Part shown: positions 17,014 through 25,916 of the stretch, in pieces | Layout of the letters: each line of letters begins with the position of its first letter | Numbering within the stretch: position 1 is the stretch's first letter | From: Pseudomonadota bacterium | Lineage (GTDB): Bacteria > Pseudomonadota > Gammaproteobacteria > Steroidobacterales > Steroidobacteraceae | DNA: 64,000 nucleotides | Assembly: GCA_039930985.1 (NCBI GenBank) | Contig: JBDTSV010000175.1 | Span: forward strand, 10,437-74,436 | Direction of reading: 5' to 3' | Notes under the pieces: model-generated | Seen by the model: the letters and a program-made list of their open reading frames with translations, nothing else | What the model was told of the DNA's origin: nothing | Database searches by the model: none | Program-made: the position numbers and the translations under genes

Positions 17014-18996
17014 TCACTTCCCCGTCTTGAGCAGCGTCGAGTTTCGCTCGTCGTTTTCGATCACGCGGTAGAACTGCTTCAACGCTTCCACCTTCGCCAC
17101 CGGAATGCTGAGTTCCTTCACTTCGAGCGTGCGGGTGTAGCGGAGCACGTTGCCCTTGAAGCTCGTGGAGCTGTGATAGGCAATGGAACCGAGATCCTCG
17201 TTCACCGCCGGCGGTAGCGAGTCGGGCACGTAACCGGCCGGCAAGGCGATCTCGAATACATCGGAGTTGCGAACGGGCGCCTCGAACTCGATAGGCTGCT
17301 CACGCGGCTCCTTCGTTTCCAGCAGCCCGCTCGACATGGATCCGAGCACTCGCGGTCGAATGATCAGCAGATCGCCGGCGATCCGCGGATAGCGCGGGAT
17401 CTCGACGGTGTAGTTCCAGATGAGCGGCTCGCCCATGACTCGCAGGTTCTTCACGCTCGCATGCAGGATTTGAAACGTCGACAGCGAGTGGCTCAACATG
17501 GATTCGATCGGCTTGATCTGATCCACGTCCTGCTGCGCGACCCTCAAGGCGTAGCGCTGAACGGCGGCACCGTCACCGGTCCAGACCTCGTGCACATCCC
17601 CGCTCAGCGTGCCGTTCTCGTCGAGCGTCAGTTTCGCCGTACGCTCCACGCCATTCATGGCGCTCGGCGCCTGCGGGAGCGCGATGAGCTCGCCGCCGGT
17701 TGGCGTCGCGAGCATGCCGTAGTTCGCCTGCAACGCACCCGGTAGATAGCCCAGCGGAATCAGCGTATGCGTGGGGTCGAAGAACAGCAGAGCGCCCAGG
17801 TTCTGGTGCGCGATCGAGGCGGGCAACTTCGCCTTGTCGATGCCAGCCGGGAGCTGGATGGCAATGATCGCGTGATTGAATCCCATGTTGGGCGGCGTTC
17901 CCGCCGCCACGGCGCCGCGCTCGGTATTGATGAGTACGTAGTGAGACTCGATGCCGATGTCCTTCAGCATCGAGGAGAGCAGGGTCACCTTGTCCTTGCA
18001 ATCGCCGTAGCCGTGCGCGAGCACTTCACTGGCGGCGTGAGGCTGCACGCCGCCCACGCCGAGCTCGATGGCCACGTAGCGAATGTCCTTCTGAACGAAG
18101 GCGGCGAGTGCCCGCATCTTGCTCAACGGATCCGCCGCCGCGGCCGTGAGCTCCTGCACCTTCTGATGGATTACTGGCGACGCGTCGCGCCGGCCATTCG
18201 CCAGCCCCAGATACCAGGTGCCCACTTCCTGCCAGCTTTGAAACCCGCCGCCCTTGCCGTCGGGCGGTTGCAGCGAGAGCACCATGCGCGCGGCAATGCC
18301 TTGCCACGGCGGCATCCGCTGTTCGAGCTTGATCGGCTTCAAATCCGTGGCGATCCAGCGCCACTGTCCCGGTGCGACTTCGGTCGGCGCGGTTTCACCG
18401 TGATTGATCCAGAAGACCTTATAAGACCAACTCGGCGGTAGCCGCACGGTATACCGAGTCTCACGCACGGGGACGTTGTCCTGGATTTCCCACTCGTCCG
18501 TCATTTCGTACGGGGACAACTCCCGCTCGATCTCGTACCCAATGATGCTGCCCGGCACGGACGCCGGAATTCTCATCACTTTGCGCCGTACGTCGCTGAT
18601 CAATTCACCGCCGTCGACGTTGGAGATTCCGGTCTCGAAGATCTCTTTGTCCTTGACCTCGAAATCCTTGCCCTGCGCCGGGATGCTCCAGCCGTGCATG
18701 GCCGTGATGCGGCTCTGCGAACCGAAATCCGCGAAGACCACGCCATGAGACTCGCCGTTGCTGCGCAGGATCTTGTAGACGCGTCGATCGAGCCGCTTCA
18801 TCTTGCCGACCGCCAGCACCGTGAGCTGAATCTCCGAATAGAGCACGACGGCGTTCGTCTCTTCGTCTTGAGCCGGCAGCTGCGCGCTCAATTGCGCGCG
18901 CATCCAGTCCGGCGCGTTCGCGGTCGCCCAGGTTGCCGGGCCGTGCATGCATGCGTACGCCGCCAGCAACACACCGAAACGCTTATCCAACCGCAT
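17014..18996 (-). CDS. DUF3857/transglutaminase-like/DUF3858-type secreted protein (catalytic motifs intact)
   Basis: Signal peptide present. The transglutaminase-like core reads HGYGDCKDKVTLLSSMLKDIG ... FNHAIIAI ... FFDPT. Confidence 0.85.
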   Translation of the reverse strand: MRLDKRFGVLLAAYACMHGPATWATANAPDWMRAQLSAQLPAQDEETNAVVLYSEIQLTVLAVGKMKRLDRRVYKILRSNGESHGVVFADFGSQSRITAMHGWSIPAQGKDFEVKDKEIFETGISNVDGGELISDVRRKVMRIPASVPGSIIGYEIERELSPYEMTDEWEIQDNVPVRETRYTVRLPPSWSYKVFWINHGETAPTEVAPGQWRWIATDLKPIKLEQRMPPWQGIAARMVLSLQPPDGKGGGFQSWQEVGTWYLGLANGRRDASPVIHQKVQELTAAAADPLSKMRALAAFVQKDIRYVAIELGVGGVQPHAASEVLAHGYGDCKDKVTLLSSMLKDIGIESHYVLINTERGAVAAGTPPNMGFNHAIIAIQLPAGIDKAKLPASIAHQNLGALLFFDPTHTLIPLGYLPGALQANYGMLATPTGGELIALPQAPSAMNGVERTAKLTLDENGTLSGDVHEVWTGDGAAVQRYALRVAQQDVDQIKPIESMLSHSLSTFQILHASVKNLRVMGEPLIWNYTVEIPRYPRIAGDLLIIRPRVLGSMSSGLLETKEPREQPIEFEAPVRNSDVFEIALPAGYVPDSLPPAVNEDLGSIAYHSSTSFKGNVLRYTRTLEVKELSIPVAKVEALKQFYRVIENDERNSTLLKTGK

Positions 18997-19005
18997 ATGC
19001 CCGCC

Positions 19006-20973
19006 TCAATGTTTGTTAGCCACGCCCGGCGCAGCACCCGGCGTGATGACGATCTGATCCTCGTCGCCAGCGCGGACCGCCTGGTAGAAGTCGCGAATCT
19101 GGTCGTAGAACTTTTGATGGACGACGATCGTATTCAGCACGAGCGCGCGATTGATGCTCAGCGTTCCGTTCGTTGCCTGCGCGCTCGAGTTGTAACTTGC
19201 GACTTTGATGTCGGCGGTGCGCGCCTTCGGCAGGCTGCTGATTTGCCAACCCGGCGGCAGCTCGATCGTCAGTTCATCCCTGTGCTGGTAGCGGAACATG
19301 AAATACAGCGGGTGCACTCGAGCGCTGTGCTCGAACTTGTGCTTCTCGGAACCGCCGAACAGCCCGACCGGCATGAGCGACCGACGGCCCGCCGCCGCCG
19401 CCCAACCTTCCGCGCGGAAATCGAATTCGGCCACGAGTGGCATCTCGGAGGAGGTCCAGTCCGGCGTATTGGTCAACTTCACATCGACCCCGGTAGCCGC
19501 GTCGCCCTCGAGGTCCTGCTCGAGAAATTTTCGACGCTCGGTTGCATCTTCGTTGCGATAGCTGACGCGACGCCAACTCGCTTCGAGCCCGCTGTAGGTC
19601 ACGGTGGCCTTGCCCTCGAGCGTTCCTGAGGGCGTGAGCTTCACCGTCACTTTGCGCTCGACGCGAGAATCGGCCGAATCGCGCAGTGGCGTGACCATCC
19701 ATTGCCCGCCGTCCTTGTCGAGACGCAAGCCGCCGACGCCCGTCTCATTCCACGGGAGATAGCCGAAGGGCATGAATGGCACGCCGGGATCGAGAAACAC
19801 CGTGCTGCCGCCGAGGCTGACCGCTACGACGCAGGTATTGAGCTCTCGCGCATTCATCAAGCGCCGATCGAAAAAGTTGTCGTCGCGCGTTGCCACCAGC
19901 ACGATCGAGGCATCGAGCTTCGCGGCGCGCAGCAGGCCGTACAGAAACCAGGTGATGCCATCCGCGTCGGCGTAACCATGCTCGAGCACGTCATCGGCAT
20001 CGCGATTTTCCGCGAGCTTTTCGCGCTCGGTCTCCTGTTCTGTCGCCTGGCGCTCGAACGAGAGATTGCGAATCTGCTGGGCGCGCGCATAGAGCTTGTG
20101 CGCCTTGATCTCGTCGGAGTCGCCGGCCTGCACCAGCCGCGCGACCTCCTGCTCGAGTTCGCGGTTGGTTCTTGCGAAACGCTCTACCCGGATATTGGAG
20201 CGTTTGCCAACCTCTTTCCAATAGTCATTCTCTTCCTTCTGATGACTACTGTCGGCTTCGTAAACGAACTCGACGCGATACTTCATCACGTCCTCGGGCG
20301 GCATATATTCCTCGGTGACGAATGCCGGCACATCTTTCGTTTCGAGGCGGATGAGGCCGTGATCCCGTGCTGGCGGCGCCGTATCGGGCGGCAGACCGAG
20401 CGGCCAGCTCCACCGCAGAAACAGGTTGATCGCCTGCCGCAGCGAAAACACGGCGCGCTTCGTGAACAACTCGTCGCTGAGCAGCCAGCGTGAATTGAAA
20501 GCCCATCCGCTCGGCATGGATCGACGGTAGCGATATTCGATGATGCTGCCGACTTCCACACCCGGCAGCGTGAAGGTCTTGGACATCATCTTGACGCCGC
20601 GCGCCTTCACGAGCGGCTTGTCGTATATCGTTCCATCGAATTCGGCGATGCCGCCATCCGGTCGAATGACGCGTGCCTGCAGCGAAGAAATCCGGTTGGT
20701 GCCTTGAAGGTAAGGAATCTCGACGTTCGCGTACTTGCGCCCTTCGTCCGTCAGGATCTTGATACGCGAGTAGATGGCTTCCGTGGAGATCACATCGTCG
20801 CGATCGATCTGCCGGTAGAGAAAGATCGCCGCCGCCGCGGGCGCTTTCGGTTCGCTCTTCATCTGAAGTTCTTCGGGCGAGATGGGCTGCCAATCATCGG
20901 CGCGAGCGGCCATCACGAGGGCGAACGACAGCAGCGCGCCCACCGCTCCGAGGCGGGAAATTCCCTGAAGCAT
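19006..20973 (-). CDS. DUF3857/transglutaminase-like paralog lacking the catalytic Cys and His
   Basis: Same architecture as 17014-18996 and ends 9 nt upstream of it. The aligned core reads HGYADADGITWFLYGLLRAAKLD ... LNTCVVAV ... FLDPG. Confidence 0.85.
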   Translation of the reverse strand: MLQGISRLGAVGALLSFALVMAARADDWQPISPEELQMKSEPKAPAAAAIFLYRQIDRDDVISTEAIYSRIKILTDEGRKYANVEIPYLQGTNRISSLQARVIRPDGGIAEFDGTIYDKPLVKARGVKMMSKTFTLPGVEVGSIIEYRYRRSMPSGWAFNSRWLLSDELFTKRAVFSLRQAINLFLRWSWPLGLPPDTAPPARDHGLIRLETKDVPAFVTEEYMPPEDVMKYRVEFVYEADSSHQKEENDYWKEVGKRSNIRVERFARTNRELEQEVARLVQAGDSDEIKAHKLYARAQQIRNLSFERQATEQETEREKLAENRDADDVLEHGYADADGITWFLYGLLRAAKLDASIVLVATRDDNFFDRRLMNARELNTCVVAVSLGGSTVFLDPGVPFMPFGYLPWNETGVGGLRLDKDGGQWMVTPLRDSADSRVERKVTVKLTPSGTLEGKATVTYSGLEASWRRVSYRNEDATERRKFLEQDLEGDAATGVDVKLTNTPDWTSSEMPLVAEFDFRAEGWAAAAGRRSLMPVGLFGGSEKHKFEHSARVHPLYFMFRYQHRDELTIELPPGWQISSLPKARTADIKVASYNSSAQATNGTLSINRALVLNTIVVHQKFYDQIRDFYQAVRAGDEDQIVITPGAAPGVANKH

Positions 20974-21241
20974 GACGAATAACGTCCTTTATTCTTGTAC
21001 GAACGAGACCTGTGCTGCCGCAGTATGGCGTAGCGCCCCGGACGCGTCGAGAAGCCGCTGGATTTCGCCTTTTGCCTCGCGGCGCCGGGGCTGAAGCGAC
21101 GCTGCTGCCCGGTAGATAGATGGCCTCGCCGTTTTCCATAAAACGGCGCATACGCGAGCTGAACCCAGCTTCGAACAGTCGTGCAGCACCGGCGAGGGGC
21201 GGCTCTGTCTGGCTACATTTGATTACCCAGGGCTGCCAGCA

Positions 21242-22081
21242 TCACCGTGACGGTGCGGTTCTCGCGGAGAACTGATCCAGATAAGCCAGATACACCGCTA
21301 CCACGTGGTATGTATCGTAGTAGTCATCCAGGTTCATGGCCGAGAGTTTGTCCTTCGGGGTGTGCAGAATCATGGCGTTCTCGCTCTTCTGAGTCAGGGA
21401 GTGGATGGTGATCCTGGGTATTTTTCTCGAGGCGAAGGACTCCGAGTCCGTCGAGCCAACCCTTTCGAAATTCACCGCGCTGATCGGCATCTTCAGGTAC
21501 AGAGCGACGCGCACGAGCGCTTCCATCAGGCTCTTGTCCGAGCGATGTGCCCACACCTCGGTGGGTGCAAGGCCGAGTGTGTCCAGGTTCACCATTGCGT
21601 CGGTCACCGCCACTTGCTCGCGAGTCATCTGCCGCGCATAGAAATGCGAGCCCACCAGACCTTTCTCTTCGTCTGTGAATCCAATGAAAACGTAGGTGTG
21701 CCGGCGCGGCTCGCCTTTCAGCGCTTTGTAAAACGATGGCAACAGCGAAGCGCCGCTCCAGTTGTCGGCGACTCCATCACTCGTCGGCACGCGGTCAAAG
21801 TGACCGCCGACGATGATGACTCGATCGGAGGTCCCCGGGAGAACGCAGATGACATTCGGTATTTTTGAATGCTTCACTGGCTGTTCGGACAATTGCTCGC
21901 CGCATCCCGCGTCGGTAAACATCCGCTTCAGCCTGGCGCCGCGCTCGCTGTTGGTTCCGCTGTATTCGCGCAGTCGGTCTTCGACCATTTCGCGGGGAAC
22001 CAAGCGGACGCGGATGTCTTCGGCAAACGCGCTGGTGGAAGCGAGTCCGAGCAGCACCGCACCGACTACTCGTAGCAGCAT
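21242..22081 (-). CDS. M28-family zinc aminopeptidase
   Basis: Motifs IIVGGHFDRV, DNWSGASLL and FIGFTDEEKGLVGSHFY. Start chosen at the ATG at 22081, which gives the signal peptide MLLRVVGAVLLGLASTSAFA. The ORF track extends to 22267. Confidence 0.85.
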   Translation of the reverse strand: MLLRVVGAVLLGLASTSAFAEDIRVRLVPREMVEDRLREYSGTNSERGARLKRMFTDAGCGEQLSEQPVKHSKIPNVICVLPGTSDRVIIVGGHFDRVPTSDGVADNWSGASLLPSFYKALKGEPRRHTYVFIGFTDEEKGLVGSHFYARQMTREQVAVTDAMVNLDTLGLAPTEVWAHRSDKSLMEALVRVALYLKMPISAVNFERVGSTDSESFASRKIPRITIHSLTQKSENAMILHTPKDKLSAMNLDDYYDTYHVVAVYLAYLDQFSARTAPSR

Positions 22082-22408
22082 CGCTTTTTGTGAAGGGTAT
22101 TGAATGGTGAGCCAGTCTACGGTGGTTAGTGGCCGCGTCACGGCCTTTTGCCAGGCGCGTTCCCCGTCATCGAGATGCATGCAGGCTATCCTGGCTGACG
22201 TGTCAGCAGGATTCCAGTTTCCGCAAGGCTCGAAACGGCACGACGGAGTACGCTGCTGTTTCGGCATGGCCCAGCACTATCACCACTGGCTTGTCCTGAT
22301 CTCCGGGCACGCTCACACTTTCGTGTTGTTGTTGATGTCCCTGCCGTTGTTCTTCTACGATGCCCTGGGAAACGGCATCGCGAGACAGCTGTGCGGCCGG
22401 AGTTGAGC

Positions 22409-23794
22409 ATGCTGAGAAGATCGGGTTTCAGGATTCTTGCAGTGTGCCTGGCGGCTCTCATGAGTTCGTTGGCTCACGCCGACCTGTACTCCGCCGACGC
22501 CGCCTATCGCGCGAAGGACTTTCCGCGGGCGTTCGAGCTCTATCGCGAACTCGCGGAACTCGGCCACGCCGAGTCGCAGGAAACGCTCGCCATCATGTAC
22601 GTCCAGGGCGAGGGCGTTAAACGCGACAACATTCTGGGCTATGCGTGGGCTGCCCTCGTGCTGGAACAACGGCCGAGCGAGGCGGCGCAGGGCATCTATC
22701 AGCAGCTCCATCCGCACCTGACCGAGTCGGCACGGAAGACCGCCGAAGAGTTGCGCGCCAAGTTTGGAAAGGACGCGCTGCAAAAAAACATTCTGGGGGT
22801 CGAAAAAATTCCGGTCGCGTCGAAAAAGGTGCAGTGCAGGATGACGGCCCTGGCGAATCCGAGCGACTTTTTTCCTCCCGAGGCGACTGAAAAAGGCATT
22901 TCGGGTTTTGCAATCATTGACGCGAGAGTCTTCAGTGACGGCCGCGATCACGATCCGCGCGCGGTTCGACTGATCCCGGCCCAGCCGTTTGATGGCCCGG
23001 CCATGCTCGTGTCGATGAACAATCGGTACAGCCCGCAAACCGACAACGGCAGCACCGAGCCCTGCACGATACGATTCAAAGTCATATTCACGGTGAAACC
23101 GGGTCCCGCGTCCAAAACAGTCGAGCGGGATCTGGACGCGATCAAGAAAAAGGCCGTCGCCGGCGACCCGGATTCGCAGTTGTTCTACGGATTGCTTCTT
23201 CAGGACGCCGAGACCCCACCGTTTCGGGAGGTGCCCCTCGACTGGTTCATCAAGGCGGCACAGGCCGGCAATGCTTTCGCGCAATACCTGGTGGGCCACG
23301 ACCAACTGAACTCGTTCATGTTCGAAGCGAACGAGGCGAAGGGGATCTTCTGGCTCGATAAGGCCGCGCATGGCGGCGACAGTGATGCGCAACTCGAACT
23401 GGCTAACTACTATCTGCGCAATGCCTCGAACGCCGGGAACGTGCGTAAGGCGGCCGAGTTGCTCGAGCGCGCGGTCGAAGCCAACCGGCCGGAAGCGCGG
23501 TTTTATCTTGCGGCGTTACTCGCGAGCAATCCGGATCCGCAGGTTCGCAATCCGACACGCGCGCTGGAAGTTCTCGGCAAGGACCGGGTCATCTACGATT
23601 TGAACCCTATCGCCTGGGAGATTCGCGCCGCGGCACACGCCAACGCTGGCGAGTTCGACGATGCAATCGATCTCGAGAAACGTGCGATTCGCATGGCGAA
23701 GAATCTTCACTGGAATACGGCACCCCTGGAAGCGCGCCTCGCCGCCTATCAGGGGAAAAAATCCTGGACGGGCGACTTGTTGGCGTTTTACTGA
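22409..23794 (+). CDS. Sel1-repeat protein with an embedded TonB C-terminal-like domain
   Basis: Signal peptide MLRRSGFRILAVCLAALMSSLAHA. Sel1 motifs are present (AESQETLAIMYVQGEGVKRD; SQLFYGLLL; AQYLVGHD; AQLELANYY). The central segment FFPPEATEKGISGFAIIDARVFSDG is TonB_C-like. Confidence 0.7.
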   Translation: MLRRSGFRILAVCLAALMSSLAHADLYSADAAYRAKDFPRAFELYRELAELGHAESQETLAIMYVQGEGVKRDNILGYAWAALVLEQRPSEAAQGIYQQLHPHLTESARKTAEELRAKFGKDALQKNILGVEKIPVASKKVQCRMTALANPSDFFPPEATEKGISGFAIIDARVFSDGRDHDPRAVRLIPAQPFDGPAMLVSMNNRYSPQTDNGSTEPCTIRFKVIFTVKPGPASKTVERDLDAIKKKAVAGDPDSQLFYGLLLQDAETPPFREVPLDWFIKAAQAGNAFAQYLVGHDQLNSFMFEANEAKGIFWLDKAAHGGDSDAQLELANYYLRNASNAGNVRKAAELLERAVEANRPEARFYLAALLASNPDPQVRNPTRALEVLGKDRVIYDLNPIAWEIRAAAHANAGEFDDAIDLEKRAIRMAKNLHWNTAPLEARLAAYQGKKSWTGDLLAFY

Positions 23795-23928
23795 CACCCA
23801 CTTCCGGCATGTCCCAGCACTACTCGGACTCGACGGCCACAATCTCGCGCAACTAGTGCGGTCCACTGGGAGAGACTGATCGATGCGGCCCGTCATTTCT
23901 CCAGCCGATCGGGGGGTTGTTCCTTTTT

Positions 23929-25779
23929 TCAACCTGCGCCAACAGCGCATTCACGGACGACTTTCAGAAGCGGCTCTCCATAACGTTCGAGCTTGGTCGC
24001 ACCGATCCCCGAAATTCCACGTAACCCGTCCAGCGAGCCTGGAAGCAGACGCGCGATCTCCTGCAGCGTGGCATCGTGGAACACGGTGTATGCCGGGACC
24101 CCGTGCTCCTTCGCCACCCCTTTGCGCCACTCGCGCAGCGCCTGAAAGACATCGCCCGATTCACCGGCAAGCGCATTGCGTGCCGGCGGGGTGGTTAGCT
24201 CGCCGCGCTTGGGCGTGCGTTGCCGCGGGAGCTTCTCCGATGGCTTTCGAAGCTTGAGAATTCTGCGGCCACTCAAGACCTCGCGAGCGTCCGGGGTCAG
24301 TTGCAGAATATTGAACCGGTCGTAGTCCACTCGCAGAAGACGCAGCGCGACGAGCTGGCGAATGACGGCGCGCCATTGCATCGCGGCAAGCTCCTTGCCA
24401 ATCCCGAAAGTACTCACCCGATCGTGACCGTACTGCTCGACCTTGGCCGTACGTTGCCCCGTCAAAACATCGATGATCTGCATCGCGCCAAATCCGAAGC
24501 CGCTCGCCTGTTCGCAGCGGTAGATACATGACATGAGCTTGCGAGCGGCATCGGTCCCGTCCCATTCCTCAGGCGGCGTCAGGCAGTTGTCGCAGTTCCC
24601 GCAGGCGCTGCTCGCCTCACCGAAATAATCGAGCAGCCGGACACGGCGGCAATCTACGGTTTCACACAAGCCTAACAACGCGTCGAGTTTCGCCCCGGAC
24701 ACACGCTTGTGCTCCTCGCCCGACGGTGACTGTTCGATGAGTCGGCGCTGTTGAACTACATCTGCCAGTCCGTAGATCATCCAGGCATCCGCGGGCAAGC
24801 CGTCTCGACCGGCGCGTCCCGTCTCCTGGTAATACGCCTCGATGCTCTTCGGCATGTCGAGGTGCGCGACGAAGCGCACGTCGGGCTTGTCGATCCCCAT
24901 GCCGAAGGCGATGGTGGCCACCATCACGACGGCATCGTCGCGAATGAACCGGCTGAGATGTTCGCCGCGCGTCTCGTGTTCCTTGTCGGCGTGATAGGGC
25001 AACGCGTTGATACCGGAGTGCTTCAGGAAGGCGGCGGTCTCGTCCACGGACTTGCGCGTGAAGCAATAGACGATGCCGGAATGGCCGGCGTGCTCCTCGC
25101 GAATGAACTGCAGGAGTTGCTTGCGGGCGTTGTCGCGCTCGGCAATCCGGTAGCGAATGTTCGGGCGATCGAAGCTCGAGATGAATACGCGTGCTGACTC
25201 CAGCTTCAAACGCGTGAGGATCTCCTTGCGCGTGGCGGCGTCCGCGGTCGCGGTGAGCGCGATGCGCGGGACCTTCGGGTATCGATCGGCCAGCACCGAC
25301 AACCGCATGTATTCCGGGCGAAAGTCGTGTCCCCACTGTGAAACGCAATGGGCTTCGTCGATGGCGAAAAGCGCGATGTTGGATGCATCGAACAGCTCGA
25401 GGCAGCCATCCTTCGCCAGCCTCTCGGGCGCGACGTACAGGATGTCGACCTCGCCGGCGCGGACTGCCTTCTCCACCCGCTGCTGCTCAGGCCAGGACAA
25501 AGACGAGTTGAGGAATTCCGCGCGCACACCGGCTTCGCGCAGTGCGGCGACTTGATCCTGCATCAGCGCGATGAGGGGCGACACGACGACGCCCATGCCT
25601 TCGCGCACCAGTGAGGGCACCTGATAACAGAGCGATTTGCCGCCGCCAGTCGGCAGCAGGACCAGTGCGTCGCCGCCGTTTGCTACATGCTCGATGATTT
25701 CCGCCTGCGGACCGCGAAACGCGGAGTAGCCCCAGACTTCGTGCAGCACCTGGGAGGCGCGGCTCATGACTTCATTCAT
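23929..25779 (-). CDS. recQ: ATP-dependent DNA helicase RecQ
   Basis: Canonical motifs: [42 protein letters not shown], and the RQC zinc cluster CRR..CGNCDNC. A C-terminal HRDC is present ([25 protein letters not shown]). The start is ambiguous between 25779 and 25767. Confidence 0.93.
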   Translation of the reverse strand: MNEVMSRASQVLHEVWGYSAFRGPQAEIIEHVANGGDALVLLPTGGGKSLCYQVPSLVREGMGVVVSPLIALMQDQVAALREAGVRAEFLNSSLSWPEQQRVEKAVRAGEVDILYVAPERLAKDGCLELFDASNIALFAIDEAHCVSQWGHDFRPEYMRLSVLADRYPKVPRIALTATADAATRKEILTRLKLESARVFISSFDRPNIRYRIAERDNARKQLLQFIREEHAGHSGIVYCFTRKSVDETAAFLKHSGINALPYHADKEHETRGEHLSRFIRDDAVVMVATIAFGMGIDKPDVRFVAHLDMPKSIEAYYQETGRAGRDGLPADAWMIYGLADVVQQRRLIEQSPSGEEHKRVSGAKLDALLGLCETVDCRRVRLLDYFGEASSACGNCDNCLTPPEEWDGTDAARKLMSCIYRCEQASGFGFGAMQIIDVLTGQRTAKVEQYGHDRVSTFGIGKELAAMQWRAVIRQLVALRLLRVDYDRFNILQLTPDAREVLSGRRILKLRKPSEKLPRQRTPKRGELTTPPARNALAGESGDVFQALREWRKGVAKEHGVPAYTVFHDATLQEIARLLPGSLDGLRGISGIGATKLERYGEPLLKVVRECAVGAG

Positions 25780-25916
25780 TCTCGATTGTTGGCAGATTGG
25801 GCGTGTGCGCAACAGACCTATTTCAGGTTTTCCACGCTCTTTTGATCCGCAGTCTTCAACATCACATCGTAGATTTTCTGAATCGGCGCGAAACGGGCTT
25901 CCAGATCGGGCGTACG

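Noticed and set aside
20974-21241. 268-bp spacer upstream of the transglutaminase-like operon with small ORFs (20989-21189, 20894-21151).
   Set aside because: The translations show no recognisable family or start context. This is most simply a promoter/leader region. I could not identify a specific regulatory motif.
23929-25779. RecQ helicase, considered as part of a defence system.
   Set aside because: It has the full housekeeping architecture (helicase, RQC zinc cluster, HRDC). Its neighbours are unrelated metabolic or secreted-protein genes, and there is no nuclease or other partner.
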